A DNA stretch of 64,000 nucleotides from positions 33,634 to 97,633 of the forward strand of contig OY970289.1 of assembly GCA_963716135.1 (NCBI GenBank). Reading direction: 5' to 3'. This document shows positions 44,708-55,078 of the stretch, piece after piece. Position 1 is the stretch's first letter, and each line of letters starts with the position of its first letter. The stretch comes from Pirellulales bacterium. Its GTDB lineage: Bacteria; Planctomycetota; Planctomycetia; Pirellulales; JADZDJ01. The notes beneath the pieces are model-generated. The model worked only from the letters and a program-made list of their open reading frames with translations, did no database searches and was not told the DNA's origin. Made by a program: the position numbers and the translations under genes.

Positions 44708-46679
44708 AACGATCACTGCCTGCTTTGCGGCACTGCTCATGGTGACATGTAGCGCGATCGCCGCGCGCGCCGACGACGACCTGGCTGCCCGCGAACAAGC
44801 CGCGCTGAAATCCGCAGTCGATCGCATCGCCCCTAGCGTGGTGCGCATCGAAACGCTCGGCGGCCTGGAAACGGTCGACAACGTGCTCATCGGCACCGGG
44901 CCGACCACCGGCCTGATCGTCTCCGCCGACGGCTATATCATCACCAGCGCCTTCAACTTCATCCAAAAGCCGACGCAAGTGATCGTCGATCTTGCCGACG
45001 GCACGCGCCTGCCAGCCGAAGTCGTGGCCCACGACAACAATCGCATGCTGGTGCTGCTGAAAGTGGCGCTGGAAGGCAAGAACGCCGATCGCCAACTTCC
45101 CGTGCCCGTCGCTGCCCCCGTCAGTGAATTGCGCGTCGGCCAATGGGCCATCGCCGTGGGGCGCGTTTACGACAACGATCAGCCAAACATGTCGGTGGGC
45201 ATCATCAGCGCCACCAATCGCATCTGGGGCAAAGCCATTCAAACCGATGCCAAAGTCTCGCCGGCCAACTACGGCGGACCACTGGTGGATCTCGAAGGGC
45301 GCGTCATCGGCGTGCTCGTGCCCATGTCCCCCATGGAAAGCGGCGAGATGGCCGGCGTCGAATGGTACGACTCCGGCATCGGCTTCGCCGTCCCGCTGGA
45401 GCACATCGACCGTGTGCTTGAGCGGCTGAAGCACGGCGAAGATTTGCAGCCCGGTCTGATGGGCATCACGATCAAAGGCGGCGACCCTTATGCCGACGAC
45501 GTGACGATCGCCACCTGCCTGCCGAAATCTCCCGCGCGCCAGGCCGGCCTGAAGCCCGGCGACAAGATTGTGGAAATCGACGGCGCGAAGATTGGCAATG
45601 AATCGCAACTCAAACATCAACTGGCGCCGCGCTACGCCGGCGAAAAAATCACGCTGGCCCTGTTGCGCGACGACAAGCGATTGGAAGAATCGCTGGAACT
45701 CGTCGCCAAACTGCCGCCGTATATTCACCCGTTCTTGGGAATCCTGCCTGGCCGCGACGCCGCAACCGACGAAACCAAAGGCGTGGCGGTGCGCTACGTC
45801 TATCCCGAGAGCCCGGCCGCCAAAGCGGGCATTGAAATCGGCGATCGAATCATTTCCCTTGCGGGGCAGCCGACTACCTCGCCGCAGAACCTGCAGGAGC
45901 AGCTCGCGGCGTTGGAACCGCTGGAAACCGTCAAACTGCAAATCGAGCGCAACGGCAAGACGCAATCGCTCGAAGCGGCGCTCGCCACGCTCCCTGAGGC
46001 CGTGCCCGAGAGTCTCCCGCCGGCTCACACGGCGAAGCCCCCGGCCGACGATCCCGCGCCTGTGCTGGGCAAGCTCACCATCAAGATCCCCGAAGCCCCC
46101 AACGATTGCCTCGCGTACATTCCCGAACACTACAACTCGCACGTGCCGCACGGCCTGGTCGTCTGGCTGCACCCGGCCGGCGGTTTCAAGGACGACGAGC
46201 TGATCGACCGTTGGAAAAAGGTCTGCAACGACTTCGACCTGATTCTGCTGGCCCCCAAAAGCGCCGACCCGGCCCACTGGCAGCGCACCGAAGCCGAGTT
46301 CGTCCGCAAAGCGATCGACGACGTGCTCCAGAAGTACAACATCGACCGCTCGCGCATCGTGGTCGCCGGGCAAGAAGCCGGCGGCGCCATGGCATACCTC
46401 GTGGCGCTGAAAGATCGCGACCTGGTGCGCGGCGTGGCGGCAATCAACGCTCCCTTGCCGGCGCGCGTGAAGCCGCCCGCCAACGATCCGATCCAACGCC
46501 TGGCGATTTTCACCACGACCGCCAAGTCCTCGTCGCCGGCGATCGACGCCGGCATCAAGCAATTCCGCGATGCCAAGTTTCCCGTGACGCAAATCGAGCT
46601 CGGCATGGTTCAGCGCCCGCTCAACGCCGACGAATTGAAACAACTCGCTCGATGGATCGACGCTCTAGACCGAAGCTAA
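44691..46679 (+). CDS. S1C protease-like protein with two PDZ and C-terminal alpha/beta-hydrolase-like domain (degenerate active sites)
   Basis: ITSAFN (no His), DAKVSPANYGGPL, LVVWLH, IDRSRIVVAGQEAGG. Confidence 0.85.
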   Translation: MNRCTKTITACFAALLMVTCSAIAARADDDLAAREQAALKSAVDRIAPSVVRIETLGGLETVDNVLIGTGPTTGLIVSADGYIITSAFNFIQKPTQVIVDLADGTRLPAEVVAHDNNRMLVLLKVALEGKNADRQLPVPVAAPVSELRVGQWAIAVGRVYDNDQPNMSVGIISATNRIWGKAIQTDAKVSPANYGGPLVDLEGRVIGVLVPMSPMESGEMAGVEWYDSGIGFAVPLEHIDRVLERLKHGEDLQPGLMGITIKGGDPYADDVTIATCLPKSPARQAGLKPGDKIVEIDGAKIGNESQLKHQLAPRYAGEKITLALLRDDKRLEESLELVAKLPPYIHPFLGILPGRDAATDETKGVAVRYVYPESPAAKAGIEIGDRIISLAGQPTTSPQNLQEQLAALEPLETVKLQIERNGKTQSLEAALATLPEAVPESLPPAHTAKPPADDPAPVLGKLTIKIPEAPNDCLAYIPEHYNSHVPHGLVVWLHPAGGFKDDELIDRWKKVCNDFDLILLAPKSADPAHWQRTEAEFVRKAIDDVLQKYNIDRSRIVVAGQEAGGAMAYLVALKDRDLVRGVAAINAPLPARVKPPANDPIQRLAIFTTTAKSSSPAIDAGIKQFRDAKFPVTQIELGMVQRPLNADELKQLARWIDALDRS

Positions 46680-46747
46680 GGCAGAAGGCAGAATGCAGAA
46701 AGCAGAATCAGACTTGTAGCACTTCTGCCGTTTGCTCTCTGCCTTCT
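46678..46747. repeat. Heptamer inverted tandem repeat (GCAGAA(G/T/A) / TTCTGC)
   Basis: aaggcag aaggcag aatgcag aaagcag ... ttctgcc gtttgct ctctgcc. Confidence 0.8.
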
Positions 46748-46755
46748 TCTTTACC

Positions 46756-47265
46756 ATGGATGTCCTGCAGCTTGCCTCCGATTTGAAGAATTCTGATGCG
46801 AATGTGCGCGCCGCCGCCGCCGAGCAATTGGCGCACCTGGAAGAGGGCGCCGAAGCCGCCGCGGTTCCGCTGGTGCGCGCGATGAACGACGCTGAATCCA
46901 CCGTGCGCGACTGGGCCTACGCCGCGCTGGAATCGCTCGGGCCGCCCGCCGCCGGCGATGGGCCCGCTTTGGCGCAATTGCTCTCCGATCCCTGCTTGGA
47001 CGTCGCCTATTGGGCGGCAACATTGTTGGGCCGACTGGGCGCGGAAGATGGCTCCGCCTGCGCCGCGTCGGTGAAGTCGCTCGTCGCCGCATTGGAAAGT
47101 TATCCCGAATCCGCCGTCCGCGAACGCGCCGCCTGGGCGCTGGGTCAAATCGGTCCTCCCGCCGCCGAAGCTGCCGCCGCACTGCAAATCGCCGCCGCCG
47201 GCAGCATCCCGCGCCTATCGCGCCTGGCGAAAGAAGCGCTCGAGAAGATCTCTGACGGCAAATGA
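46756..47265 (+). CDS. HEAT-repeat protein
   Basis: VRAAAAEQL, VRDWAYAALE.LG, VRERAAWALGQIG. Confidence 0.88.
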   Translation: MDVLQLASDLKNSDANVRAAAAEQLAHLEEGAEAAAVPLVRAMNDAESTVRDWAYAALESLGPPAAGDGPALAQLLSDPCLDVAYWAATLLGRLGAEDGSACAASVKSLVAALESYPESAVRERAAWALGQIGPPAAEAAAALQIAAAGSIPRLSRLAKEALEKISDGK

Positions 47266-47336
47266 CCAATGACCAAATCCCAATGACCAACGATATACGC
47301 TTGCGATTGGTCATTCGTGCTTGGTCATTGGTCATG
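47260..47336. repeat. Heptamer inverted tandem repeat, AATGACC family
   Basis: Left arm identical to 40472 (aatgaccaatgaccaaatcccaatgaccaa); supplies the TGA stop. Confidence 0.9.
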
Positions 47337-47361
47337 CTTCTTTGTGCGGTAAACTGAAGCG

Positions 47362-47928
47362 ATGCAAACCTCCAGCAACACTGCTTTCAAGGAATGGGCC
47401 GTGGTCTGCGCGGCCTTGGCCGCCGGCCGGCAGACCATCATTCTGCGAAAGGGGGGCATCGACGAAGGCCGCGAAGGCTTCCGCGTCGCGCACAACGAAT
47501 TCTGGCTGCTGCCGACGCGGTTTCATCAAGTTCCGTCGCAATTGACGCCCGATGCCAAGCCGCTCTGGCAACAAACGCAGGATCAACAACCGCCGGCAGG
47601 AAAGTTTTCAATCGATTTGTATGCCACCGTGGAGAAAGTTTTCGAGGTCCACGATCTCAGCATATTAAATACGATCTCCGACGCGCACATTCTTTCCGCC
47701 GAAACCATCCAGCAGCGATTTCACTATCGCCATCCCGGCCTGTTCGTCCTGGCCGCGCGAGTTTACAAAATCCCGCAGCCGCTCGAAGTGAGCGACAGCC
47801 CCTACATCGCCGGCTGCAAAAGCTGGGTGGAATTGCCGGCGTCGATTTCCACCTCCGGCGCCGTGCCAGTACTTGATGATGCCGCATTCGCCGCACGGAT
47901 CAAAGCTCTCGGAGCAGCGTTGCCCTGA
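47362..47928 (+). CDS. DUF1802 family protein
   Basis: AFKEWAVVC.AL..GRQTIILRKGGI.E...F.LLPT.FHQ...GCKSWV. Confidence 0.9.
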   Translation: MQTSSNTAFKEWAVVCAALAAGRQTIILRKGGIDEGREGFRVAHNEFWLLPTRFHQVPSQLTPDAKPLWQQTQDQQPPAGKFSIDLYATVEKVFEVHDLSILNTISDAHILSAETIQQRFHYRHPGLFVLAARVYKIPQPLEVSDSPYIAGCKSWVELPASISTSGAVPVLDDAAFAARIKALGAALP

Positions 47929-48013
47929 TGTTCATTGCCGATCTCAACCTCATCTGATAGGTTGACAACACGCAAATCGTACTTTGTTTCATCCCCACGG
48001 GGTCGCCAAAATC

Positions 48014-48544
48014 ATGTCCAAAAATCGCAAAGCCGAAGTCGACGAAGCGAAAAAATCGCTCGACGTGAAAAATAAAAAGTATCAGCTCGAACTCGACACC
48101 TCCGAAGGCAAGATTCTGCTCGACATGGCCCCCGACGTGGCGCCGGGTCACGTGGAAAACATCCTGGCCTTGGCCAAAATCGGCTACTACGACGGGCTGA
48201 CCTTCCACCGCATCATCAAGGGCTTCATGATCCAGGGCGGCTGCCCCGAAGGCACCGGCACCGGCGGCCCCGGCTACACCATCAAGGCCGAGTTCAACAA
48301 AATGAAGCACGAGCCCGGGGTGTTGTCCGCCGCGCGCTCCAGCGATCCCAACTCCGCCGGCTCGCAGTTTTTCATCTGCCTGGGCGCGCATTCGCATCTC
48401 GACGGCCAATACACCGCCTACGGCAAAACCGCCGACGCAGCCAGCATGGAAGTAGTGAAGAAAATCGGCAATGTGCCCACGGGCTCCCAAGATCGCCCGC
48501 AAAAGCCGGTCACCATCAAATCGGCCAAAGTGGTGGAGAAGTGA
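48014..48544 (+). CDS. Cyclophilin-type peptidyl-prolyl isomerase
   Basis: YDGLTFHRIIKGFMIQGGCP.GTG.GGPG, SAGSQFFIC, HLDGQYT. Confidence 0.97.
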   Translation: MSKNRKAEVDEAKKSLDVKNKKYQLELDTSEGKILLDMAPDVAPGHVENILALAKIGYYDGLTFHRIIKGFMIQGGCPEGTGTGGPGYTIKAEFNKMKHEPGVLSAARSSDPNSAGSQFFICLGAHSHLDGQYTAYGKTADAASMEVVKKIGNVPTGSQDRPQKPVTIKSAKVVEK

Positions 48545-48569
48545 TCGCTTGGTGAGTAGGTTGGATAGT

Positions 48570-50776
48570 ATGCCCACCCGATTGCTTCGCATCTTTGTCG
48601 CGCTCGTCAGCCTAGGCGTTGTCGCGGCGCTTGCCCCATCGTCTGCCTTCGCCGACGGCGCTTCCCCTTTGCCCGACGTGAAAAGCGTTCATATCGGCTT
48701 CAACAACACCTGCAAGCTCGGTTGTTGGACTCCGGTCGCCGTAGAGTTGAACTCTGCGCCGGGCGGCTCTTGGAAAAGTGGCACGCTGGGAATCCAGGCG
48801 CTCGATTGCGATGCGGTCCCGGCGGTCTTCCTCGGCCCATCCATTGCCTCCCGCGCCGAAGCAACGCACATGGCCTACATTCGCCTCGGTCGCCCCGACG
48901 GGCCGGTCGACTTGCTCTATTACCCGGGCGATCCAAGATCGAAAGATGAAATGCCGGTCGCTTTGCGAAGCCTTTCCGCCGGCGAACTTCCGCGCACGCT
49001 GCCCAATACCGCCGAACTGATCGTCGAGCTCGGCGCATCGATCGGCCTGGCCGATTACTTTCGTCGCAGCGAGCAAAGCGAATCGCAGCGCGCCACCGTC
49101 GTGACCATCGAAGCGCCGCAACAATTGCCCGATCACTGGTACGGCTACGAAGGCGTCGACCTGCTGGTGATCGTCGGAGGACCGGTGGTTGAAAAATCGT
49201 TGCTCGACGCTCCGTCGATCGAGGCGCTGAAGCAGTGGGTTCGCCGCGGTGGCACGCTGCTCCTCGAATGCGGCCAAGATGCCGAAAAAGTCGTCGGGCC
49301 GGGCGCCCCGCTGGCGGAATTCGCGCCCGGCGAGTTCGTGGAAACGATCGATCGCCAGCCTTTCGGCGCGATTGAAAGCTATTCCGCCGCGGAACAACCG
49401 ATCGACGTCGGTGCCGCCGGCCGACGCACCATCCGGGTGCCGCAATGGAAAAATGTGCGCGGCCGCGTTGAGCTTTCCGAGCGATCCAAAACCACCGAAG
49501 TGCCGTTGGTTGTCCACTGGCCGCTGGGATTTGGCCAGGTCATCTTCGTCGGCGTCGATCTCGATCAGCCTCCCTTCAGCACCTGGACCGGACGCGGAAA
49601 ATTCCTCGACAAGCTTCTCCGGCTGCGCTCGGCGGCCGGCAAGCCGTCGGACGCCAGCGCCGCCGTCGCTCTGGCCAGGCATCTGGGCTACATCGATCTC
49701 AGCGGCCAGCTTCGCAGCGCCCTCGATCAGTTCGAAGGGGTGCGCCTGATTCCCTTTTGGACCGTAACGCTTCTCACGCTGGCCTACATCGGCATTCTGT
49801 TTCCGCTCAACTATTTCGTCGCCACCCGTTGGCTGAAGCGTCAGCAGTTAGCGTGGGTGATTTTCCCCGCCGTGGCGATCGGGTTCTGTGCCGCCGCGTA
49901 TGCGATGGCTCATCAAGCCAAAGGAAACCGGCTGCGAGTCAATCAGATCGACCTGATCGATATCGACGCCAAAAACGCTTGGCGCGCGGCACCACGTGGT
50001 TCAATTTGTTCAGCCCGGCCAATGCCGCCTACGACCTGCGCGTTAAGCCTATTTTGCTCGGCGCGACCGATCAGCCGGCGCCGGACGCCGATGGCCTGCT
50101 CAGTTGGTTCGGCCTGGCCGGCAGCGGATTGGGTGCGATGAACTCCGCGGCCGCAAGTTTGCCGCTGGTGGATCAGCCGTACAAAATCGATCCCCGCGAC
50201 GGCGTCATCACGGAAGTTCCCATCGCCAAGTGGTCCAGCAAAAGCTTCGTGGGTCGCTGGACTTGCAATGGTCGCGGCGTTTACGGCGATCTCACGGCCA
50301 CGCTCGATCGCCGGCTGAAGGGCACGGTGGCAAATCGCTTAACAGGCTCGCTCGATCATTGCGTGCTGTTTTTCGGGCGCTGGGCCTATCCGCTGGGCAC
50401 GATCCGCGTCGGCGAAGAAGTCAGCTTGGATCGCAAGGATCCGTCCACGATCGAAACGTATCTCACCCATCGCCGCTTGCTTGCCGCGCGCAACGAAGTG
50501 CCCCCGTACGATCGCTCCGACTTTGACCTGCCACGCATTCTCGAAGTGATGATGTTTCACAATGCCGCCGGCGGTGTAAACTACACCGGGCTGCTGAACC
50601 ACCAGCAGGCGTTCGTCGATCTCAGCGCCCAATTGGAACTCGGCCAGGCAATCCTCGTCGGCCGCGGGCCACCGGGAACTGAACTGCAAATCAACAACCG
50701 GCCGCTGGCCCCGGAAAACACCAGCGGCCACGAAACCATCTACCGCTTTGTGATGCCCGTGACAGTTAAAGAGTAA
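48570..50776 (+). CDS. Membrane-anchored hypothetical protein (ABC-associated, GATase-like domain), indel ~49977
   Basis: Signal peptide, KLGCWTPV, WYGYEGVD, WVRRGGTL, two TMs (YIGILFPLNYF). Confidence 0.8.
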
Positions 50777-50816
50777 CACCATTTAGCCGCTGGCCTTGCC
50801 CAGCACTTTTGCCGCC

Positions 50817-51743
50817 GTGATTGAAACCCGCGACCTCACGAAAAAATACGACGAGCTCTTCGCCGTTAAATCGTTGTCGATCAAGCTCGACAAGGGAGAC
50901 GTGTACGGCTTCATCGGCCCCAACGGCGCCGGCAAAACGACGACCATGCGCATGTTGGCGACGCTGTTGAATCCCACCTGGGGCGAAGCGTATGTGTGCG
51001 GCTACTCGATCTACACCAAGCCGAAGGAAATCCGCCGCCTGATCGGCTTCATGCCCGATTTCTTCGGCGTGTACGACGACATGAAGGTGATCGAGTACCT
51101 GGAATTCTTCGCCGCCGCCTACCGCATCCGCGGCGAGAAGCGCCGCAAAGTTTGCAACGACGTGTTGGAGCTGGTCGGGCTGGGCTACAAGCGCGACGCC
51201 CTGGCCACGAGCCTGTCGCGCGGTATGAACCAGCGCCTCGGCCTGGCGCGCGTGCTGCTGCACGATCCGCAGGTGCTGCTGTTGGACGAACCGGCCAGCG
51301 GGCTCGATCCCCGCGTGCGCATCGAAATTCGCCGCGTCATCCGCCAGTTGGGCGAGATGGGAAAAACGGTGATGGTCTCCAGCCACATCCTGCCGGAGCT
51401 TGCCGACATGTGCAACAAAATCGGCATCATCGAGCGCGGCGAACTGTTGGTGAACGAAAGCGTCGACGATCTGATGAAAAAGGTGCGCCGCCAGATTGTG
51501 CTGCGCATCGCGGTGGCCGGCCCGCCGGATGGCGCCGCCAAATTACTGCAGCAGCACACGTCCGTTGACCGCGTCGATGGCGCCAGCGACGAAATGGTCG
51601 TCACGCTGAAAGAAGGCGTCCGCGATTACGCCGACCTGGCCACGCTGTTGGTTTCCAATGGGCACAAGCTGCGATTGTTCAAGGAAGATGAATTGAATCT
51701 CGAAGGCGCCTTCATGGCCCTCACCAAAGGCATTACGGCCTGA
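50817..51743 (+). CDS. ABC transporter ATP-binding protein
   Basis: GPNGAGKTT, LSRGM, LLLDEPASGLDP, SSH. Confidence 0.96.
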   Translation: MIETRDLTKKYDELFAVKSLSIKLDKGDVYGFIGPNGAGKTTTMRMLATLLNPTWGEAYVCGYSIYTKPKEIRRLIGFMPDFFGVYDDMKVIEYLEFFAAAYRIRGEKRRKVCNDVLELVGLGYKRDALATSLSRGMNQRLGLARVLLHDPQVLLLDEPASGLDPRVRIEIRRVIRQLGEMGKTVMVSSHILPELADMCNKIGIIERGELLVNESVDDLMKKVRRQIVLRIAVAGPPDGAAKLLQQHTSVDRVDGASDEMVVTLKEGVRDYADLATLLVSNGHKLRLFKEDELNLEGAFMALTKGITA

Positions 51744-51908
51744 TTGTCCAACGGCCGAAAGTCCGCCCGCTAGCGGCACATTTTACCAATTATCTTGATT
51801 TCGCCGTTGCACCATCGCCCTGGGTCTCCCGTAGAATATTCGGGCCGGCGCTTTCGACGGACTGCGTTACGGCAAATCGCACACACATTTTCCCAAGGAA
51901 TATAGAAC

Positions 51909-52671
51909 ATGAAGTTACAAGCTCTCGCCGTGGCAGCCCTTTTCGCGCTTTCCGCTCCCGCCCTTTGGGCCCAAGCCACGCCGGGCCAAAAACCGGCGGC
52001 ACAGCCCGGCGCCAGCGGCCAAAGCGGTTTAAGCACCATCCAGCAAAAAGCCAGCTATGCCATTGGTATCGGCGTGGCGGAAAGCATCAAATCCGATCAG
52101 CTTGAATTGGATCAGCAAGCTTTGATGAAAGGCATCAGCGACGGCTTGAATGGCGCGAAGTCGGCACTGACGGATCAGGAGATGTCCGAAGCCGTGCAGC
52201 AATTCCAGAAAGATCAGGTCGCAAAAATCTCCGACAAAAACAAAAAGGAAGGCGCCAAGTTCCTCGCCGACAACAAATCGAAGGAAGGCGTGAAAACCAC
52301 CGCCAGCGGCTTGCAGTACAAGGTGGTCAAGGCAGGCAACGGCGCCACCCCTGGCCCCACCGACGAAATCACCGCCCATTACAAAGGCACGCTGCTGGAT
52401 GGCCGGGTGTTCGATAGCTCTTACGATCGCGGACAGCCGATCCATTTGCGCCGACAAAGTCATCAAGGGTTGGTCCGAAGCGCTGCAATTGATGAAGGTC
52501 GGCGACAAGTGGCAATTGTTCATCCCGTCCGAGCTGGCCTATGGCGAAAGCGGCGCCGGCAGCACCATCGGCCCCAATGCCGTATTGGTGTTCGATGTCG
52601 AGCTGCTCGACGTGAAAAAGCCGGGCGCCGGCAACCCGCTCCAATTGCAACCGCTGAATTCGCAGAAGTAA
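51909..52671 (+). CDS. FKBP-type (FkpA/Mip-like) peptidyl-prolyl isomerase, indel ~52449
   Basis: SYAIG, TASGLQY, HYKGTL.DG.VFDSS, then [25 protein letters not shown] in the shifted frame. Confidence 0.93.
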
Positions 52672-53894
52672 TGCAAAGTCCGCCGAAAGTCTGCTTTCTG
52701 CTTTCTGCTTTCTGCCTTCTGCTTTGTGCTGCCGCCGCTGCGCAGTCGAAGCCGGGCTTCGACGAAGCCCGCCGCCGCATGGTGGAAGAAGAAATCGTCG
52801 GCGGCGGCGTGCGCAACAAGCGCGTCATCCAGGCGATGCTCGACACGCCGCGCCACGAGTTCGTTCAGCACGACCAGCAGAAAAACGCCTACTACGACAT
52901 GTCGATCCCGATCGGCGAAGGCCAGACCATCAGCGGCCCCTTTGTGGTGGCGTACATGACCGAGCAGCTCGATCCGCAGCCCGGCGACAAAGTGCTGGAA
53001 ATCGGCACCGGCAGCGGCTATCAGGCCGCCGTGCTCAGCCCGTTGGTCAAAGACGTTTACACGATCGAAATCCTCGCATCGCTCGGCAAGCGCGCCGAGG
53101 CAACGCTCAAGCGGCTCAAGTACGGCAACGTGCACGTCAAAATCGGCGACGGCTATCAGGGCTGGTCCGAGCACGCGCCGTTCGACAAGATCATCGTCAC
53201 CTGCTCGCCCGAAAAAGTTCCGCAGCCGCTGGTTGACGAGCTCAAGGAAGGGGGCCGCATGATCGTCCCCGTCGGCGAGCGCTACGAGCAGATGCTCTAT
53301 CTGTTCACCAAGCAAAACGGCAAGCTGGTTTCCGAAGCCCTGCGTCCCACGCTGTTCGTGCCCATGACCGGGCAGGCCGAGCAAGGCCGCGAAGTGCAGC
53401 CCGATCCGCTGCATCCAAAAATTGTGAACGGCAGTTTTGAAGAGCAGGGGGGCGTCGAAAACGAGCCGCGCGCCTGGTTCTACTGCCGTCAGATGAAAGT
53501 ATCCGAAGCCCCCGATGCCCCCGATCAGCAGCACTACCTGGTGTTCACCAATGACGTGCCCGGCCGCATGAGCCGCGCCCTGCAGGGTTTTGCCATCGAC
53601 GGCTCCAAAGTCGGCCAGTTGGAAGTGAGCGCGATGATTCGCGGACGCAATATCCAGCAGGGGCAGGCGGTCGACGAACTGCCGCAAATTTCGCTGACGT
53701 TCTTAGACGACAATTCCGGCTCCATCGGCCGGACGTTTGTCGGACCTTTCCGCGGCACGTTCGATTGGAAGCGCGTGACGGAAAAAGTGAAGGTGCCCGC
53801 CAAAGCCACCAAGTGCATCATGCACGTCGGCCTGCTGGGCGGCGTCGGTGAATTCGCGATCGACGACGTGTCGATCAAGCCCATAGCGCGCTAA
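52671..53894 (+). CDS. pcm: Protein-L-isoaspartate O-methyltransferase with signal peptide and C-terminal CBM-like domain
   Basis: PRHEFV, PIGEGQTIS.P, VLEIGTGSGYQAAVL, GDGYQGW.EHAPFD, FVPMTG; TAATG overlap with the FKBP stop. Confidence 0.92.
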   Translation: MQSPPKVCFLLSAFCLLLCAAAAAQSKPGFDEARRRMVEEEIVGGGVRNKRVIQAMLDTPRHEFVQHDQQKNAYYDMSIPIGEGQTISGPFVVAYMTEQLDPQPGDKVLEIGTGSGYQAAVLSPLVKDVYTIEILASLGKRAEATLKRLKYGNVHVKIGDGYQGWSEHAPFDKIIVTCSPEKVPQPLVDELKEGGRMIVPVGERYEQMLYLFTKQNGKLVSEALRPTLFVPMTGQAEQGREVQPDPLHPKIVNGSFEEQGGVENEPRAWFYCRQMKVSEAPDAPDQQHYLVFTNDVPGRMSRALQGFAIDGSKVGQLEVSAMIRGRNIQQGQAVDELPQISLTFLDDNSGSIGRTFVGPFRGTFDWKRVTEKVKVPAKATKCIMHVGLLGGVGEFAIDDVSIKPIAR

Positions 53895-53922
53895 TTGTTC
53901 GGCAAGTCTATTGTCGTGGCCG

Positions 53923-55078
53923 TTACGCGATAATTTCGACGACATGCCGCTGGGCACTAATCACCAGACCCAAGCCCAGCGCGTGGGCCATCAGCCCGCT
54001 GCCGCCATAGCTCACCAGCGGCAAAGAAACGCCGGTGATGGGCACCAATCCCGTCAGCATCGCGGTGTTGATGAATACTTCGGTGGCAAACAGCGCTGCC
54101 ACGCCGACCGCCAGCAGCCGGCCGGCGGGCTCGTTGATCCGCTGCGCCGTATGCACGCATTGGTACACCAGCGCGAATAAAGAACCAGCAGCATGCCGGC
54201 GCCCATCAATCCAAACCGCTCTCCGACCACGCAATAAATCGAATCGGTATACGGCTCCGGCAACCGGCACGACACCACGGCGTCGTCGGCCGGATCCGGG
54301 TCGGGTCGAACCATGCTTCCCCACACGCTCCCCAGCGCGAACATCCGCTTGGCCTGGTCGAGGTGAAATCCGTCGGCGGTGGCGGTTTCGCGCGGACCAT
54401 TCTGTTCCCACAGCGCCGTGATGCGCGAGCGCTGCTCGTGGCTCATTTGGCTCCATAAGAGCGGCGCCAACATCAACCCGGCCGCCACCAGCCGCACCAT
54501 GTCGCGCGTCGCGCGCCGCCCGCGAACAGCATCGCCAACAACACGGGCAAAAACACCAGCGACGTCCCCAAATCGGGTTCTTTCAAAATCAAAAGCACGC
54601 ATAGCACGGCCATGGCAAGCGGCCAGAGCAGGGCAGTGAAGCCTGTCGCCAGATCGCGATGTGCCAGATATCCGGCCAGCGCCAGAATAAACGCGATCTT
54701 GGCGAACTCAGACGGCTGCAGGCCGATTCCGCTCAGGCGAATCCAACGATGCGCTCCGTTAACCGCGGGAAACGCATACACCGCCACCAGTGCGGCCGCC
54801 ACCAGGCCGAAAAACACCGCCGCCGATCGGACGAACCAACGATAATCTACCGCTGCCGCGCCGGCCATCGCCGCCAGGGCCAAAACCGACCACACAATCT
54901 GCTGCCGCAACAGGCGGCTGCCGCCGCTGGCGATGGCAGTTGCCGAAAGCCCCTCGGTGAGCTGTTCGGCGCACCCCAATGCCGCCCAGCCGACCGCAAT
55001 CAGGGCCGCGGCGGTCACTGGAATCCACCACGACGTGGCGCGAAATTGCGGCGAACGAAAACCGGCGGAGCCTTCCAT
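53923..55078 (-). CDS. rodA: SEDS family rod-shape protein RodA/FtsW, indels ~54510 and ~54175
   Basis: NGAHRWI...QPSEFAK, EPDLGT, LPEPYTD, ERFG..G, PITGVSLPLVSYGGS. Confidence 0.88.

Noticed and set aside
44562-46643. Long antisense or overlapping ORFs (e.g. 693 aa here, 9609-11369, 23692-25590, 30974-32326)
   Set aside because: These are shadow frames of high-GC genes with no recognisable motifs.
51909-53894. 661-aa FKBP-PIMT fusion in the ORF track
   Set aside because: An indel near 52449 shifts the FKBP C-terminus into another frame (52399-52671). The apparent linker is out-of-frame sequence, so these are two genes.
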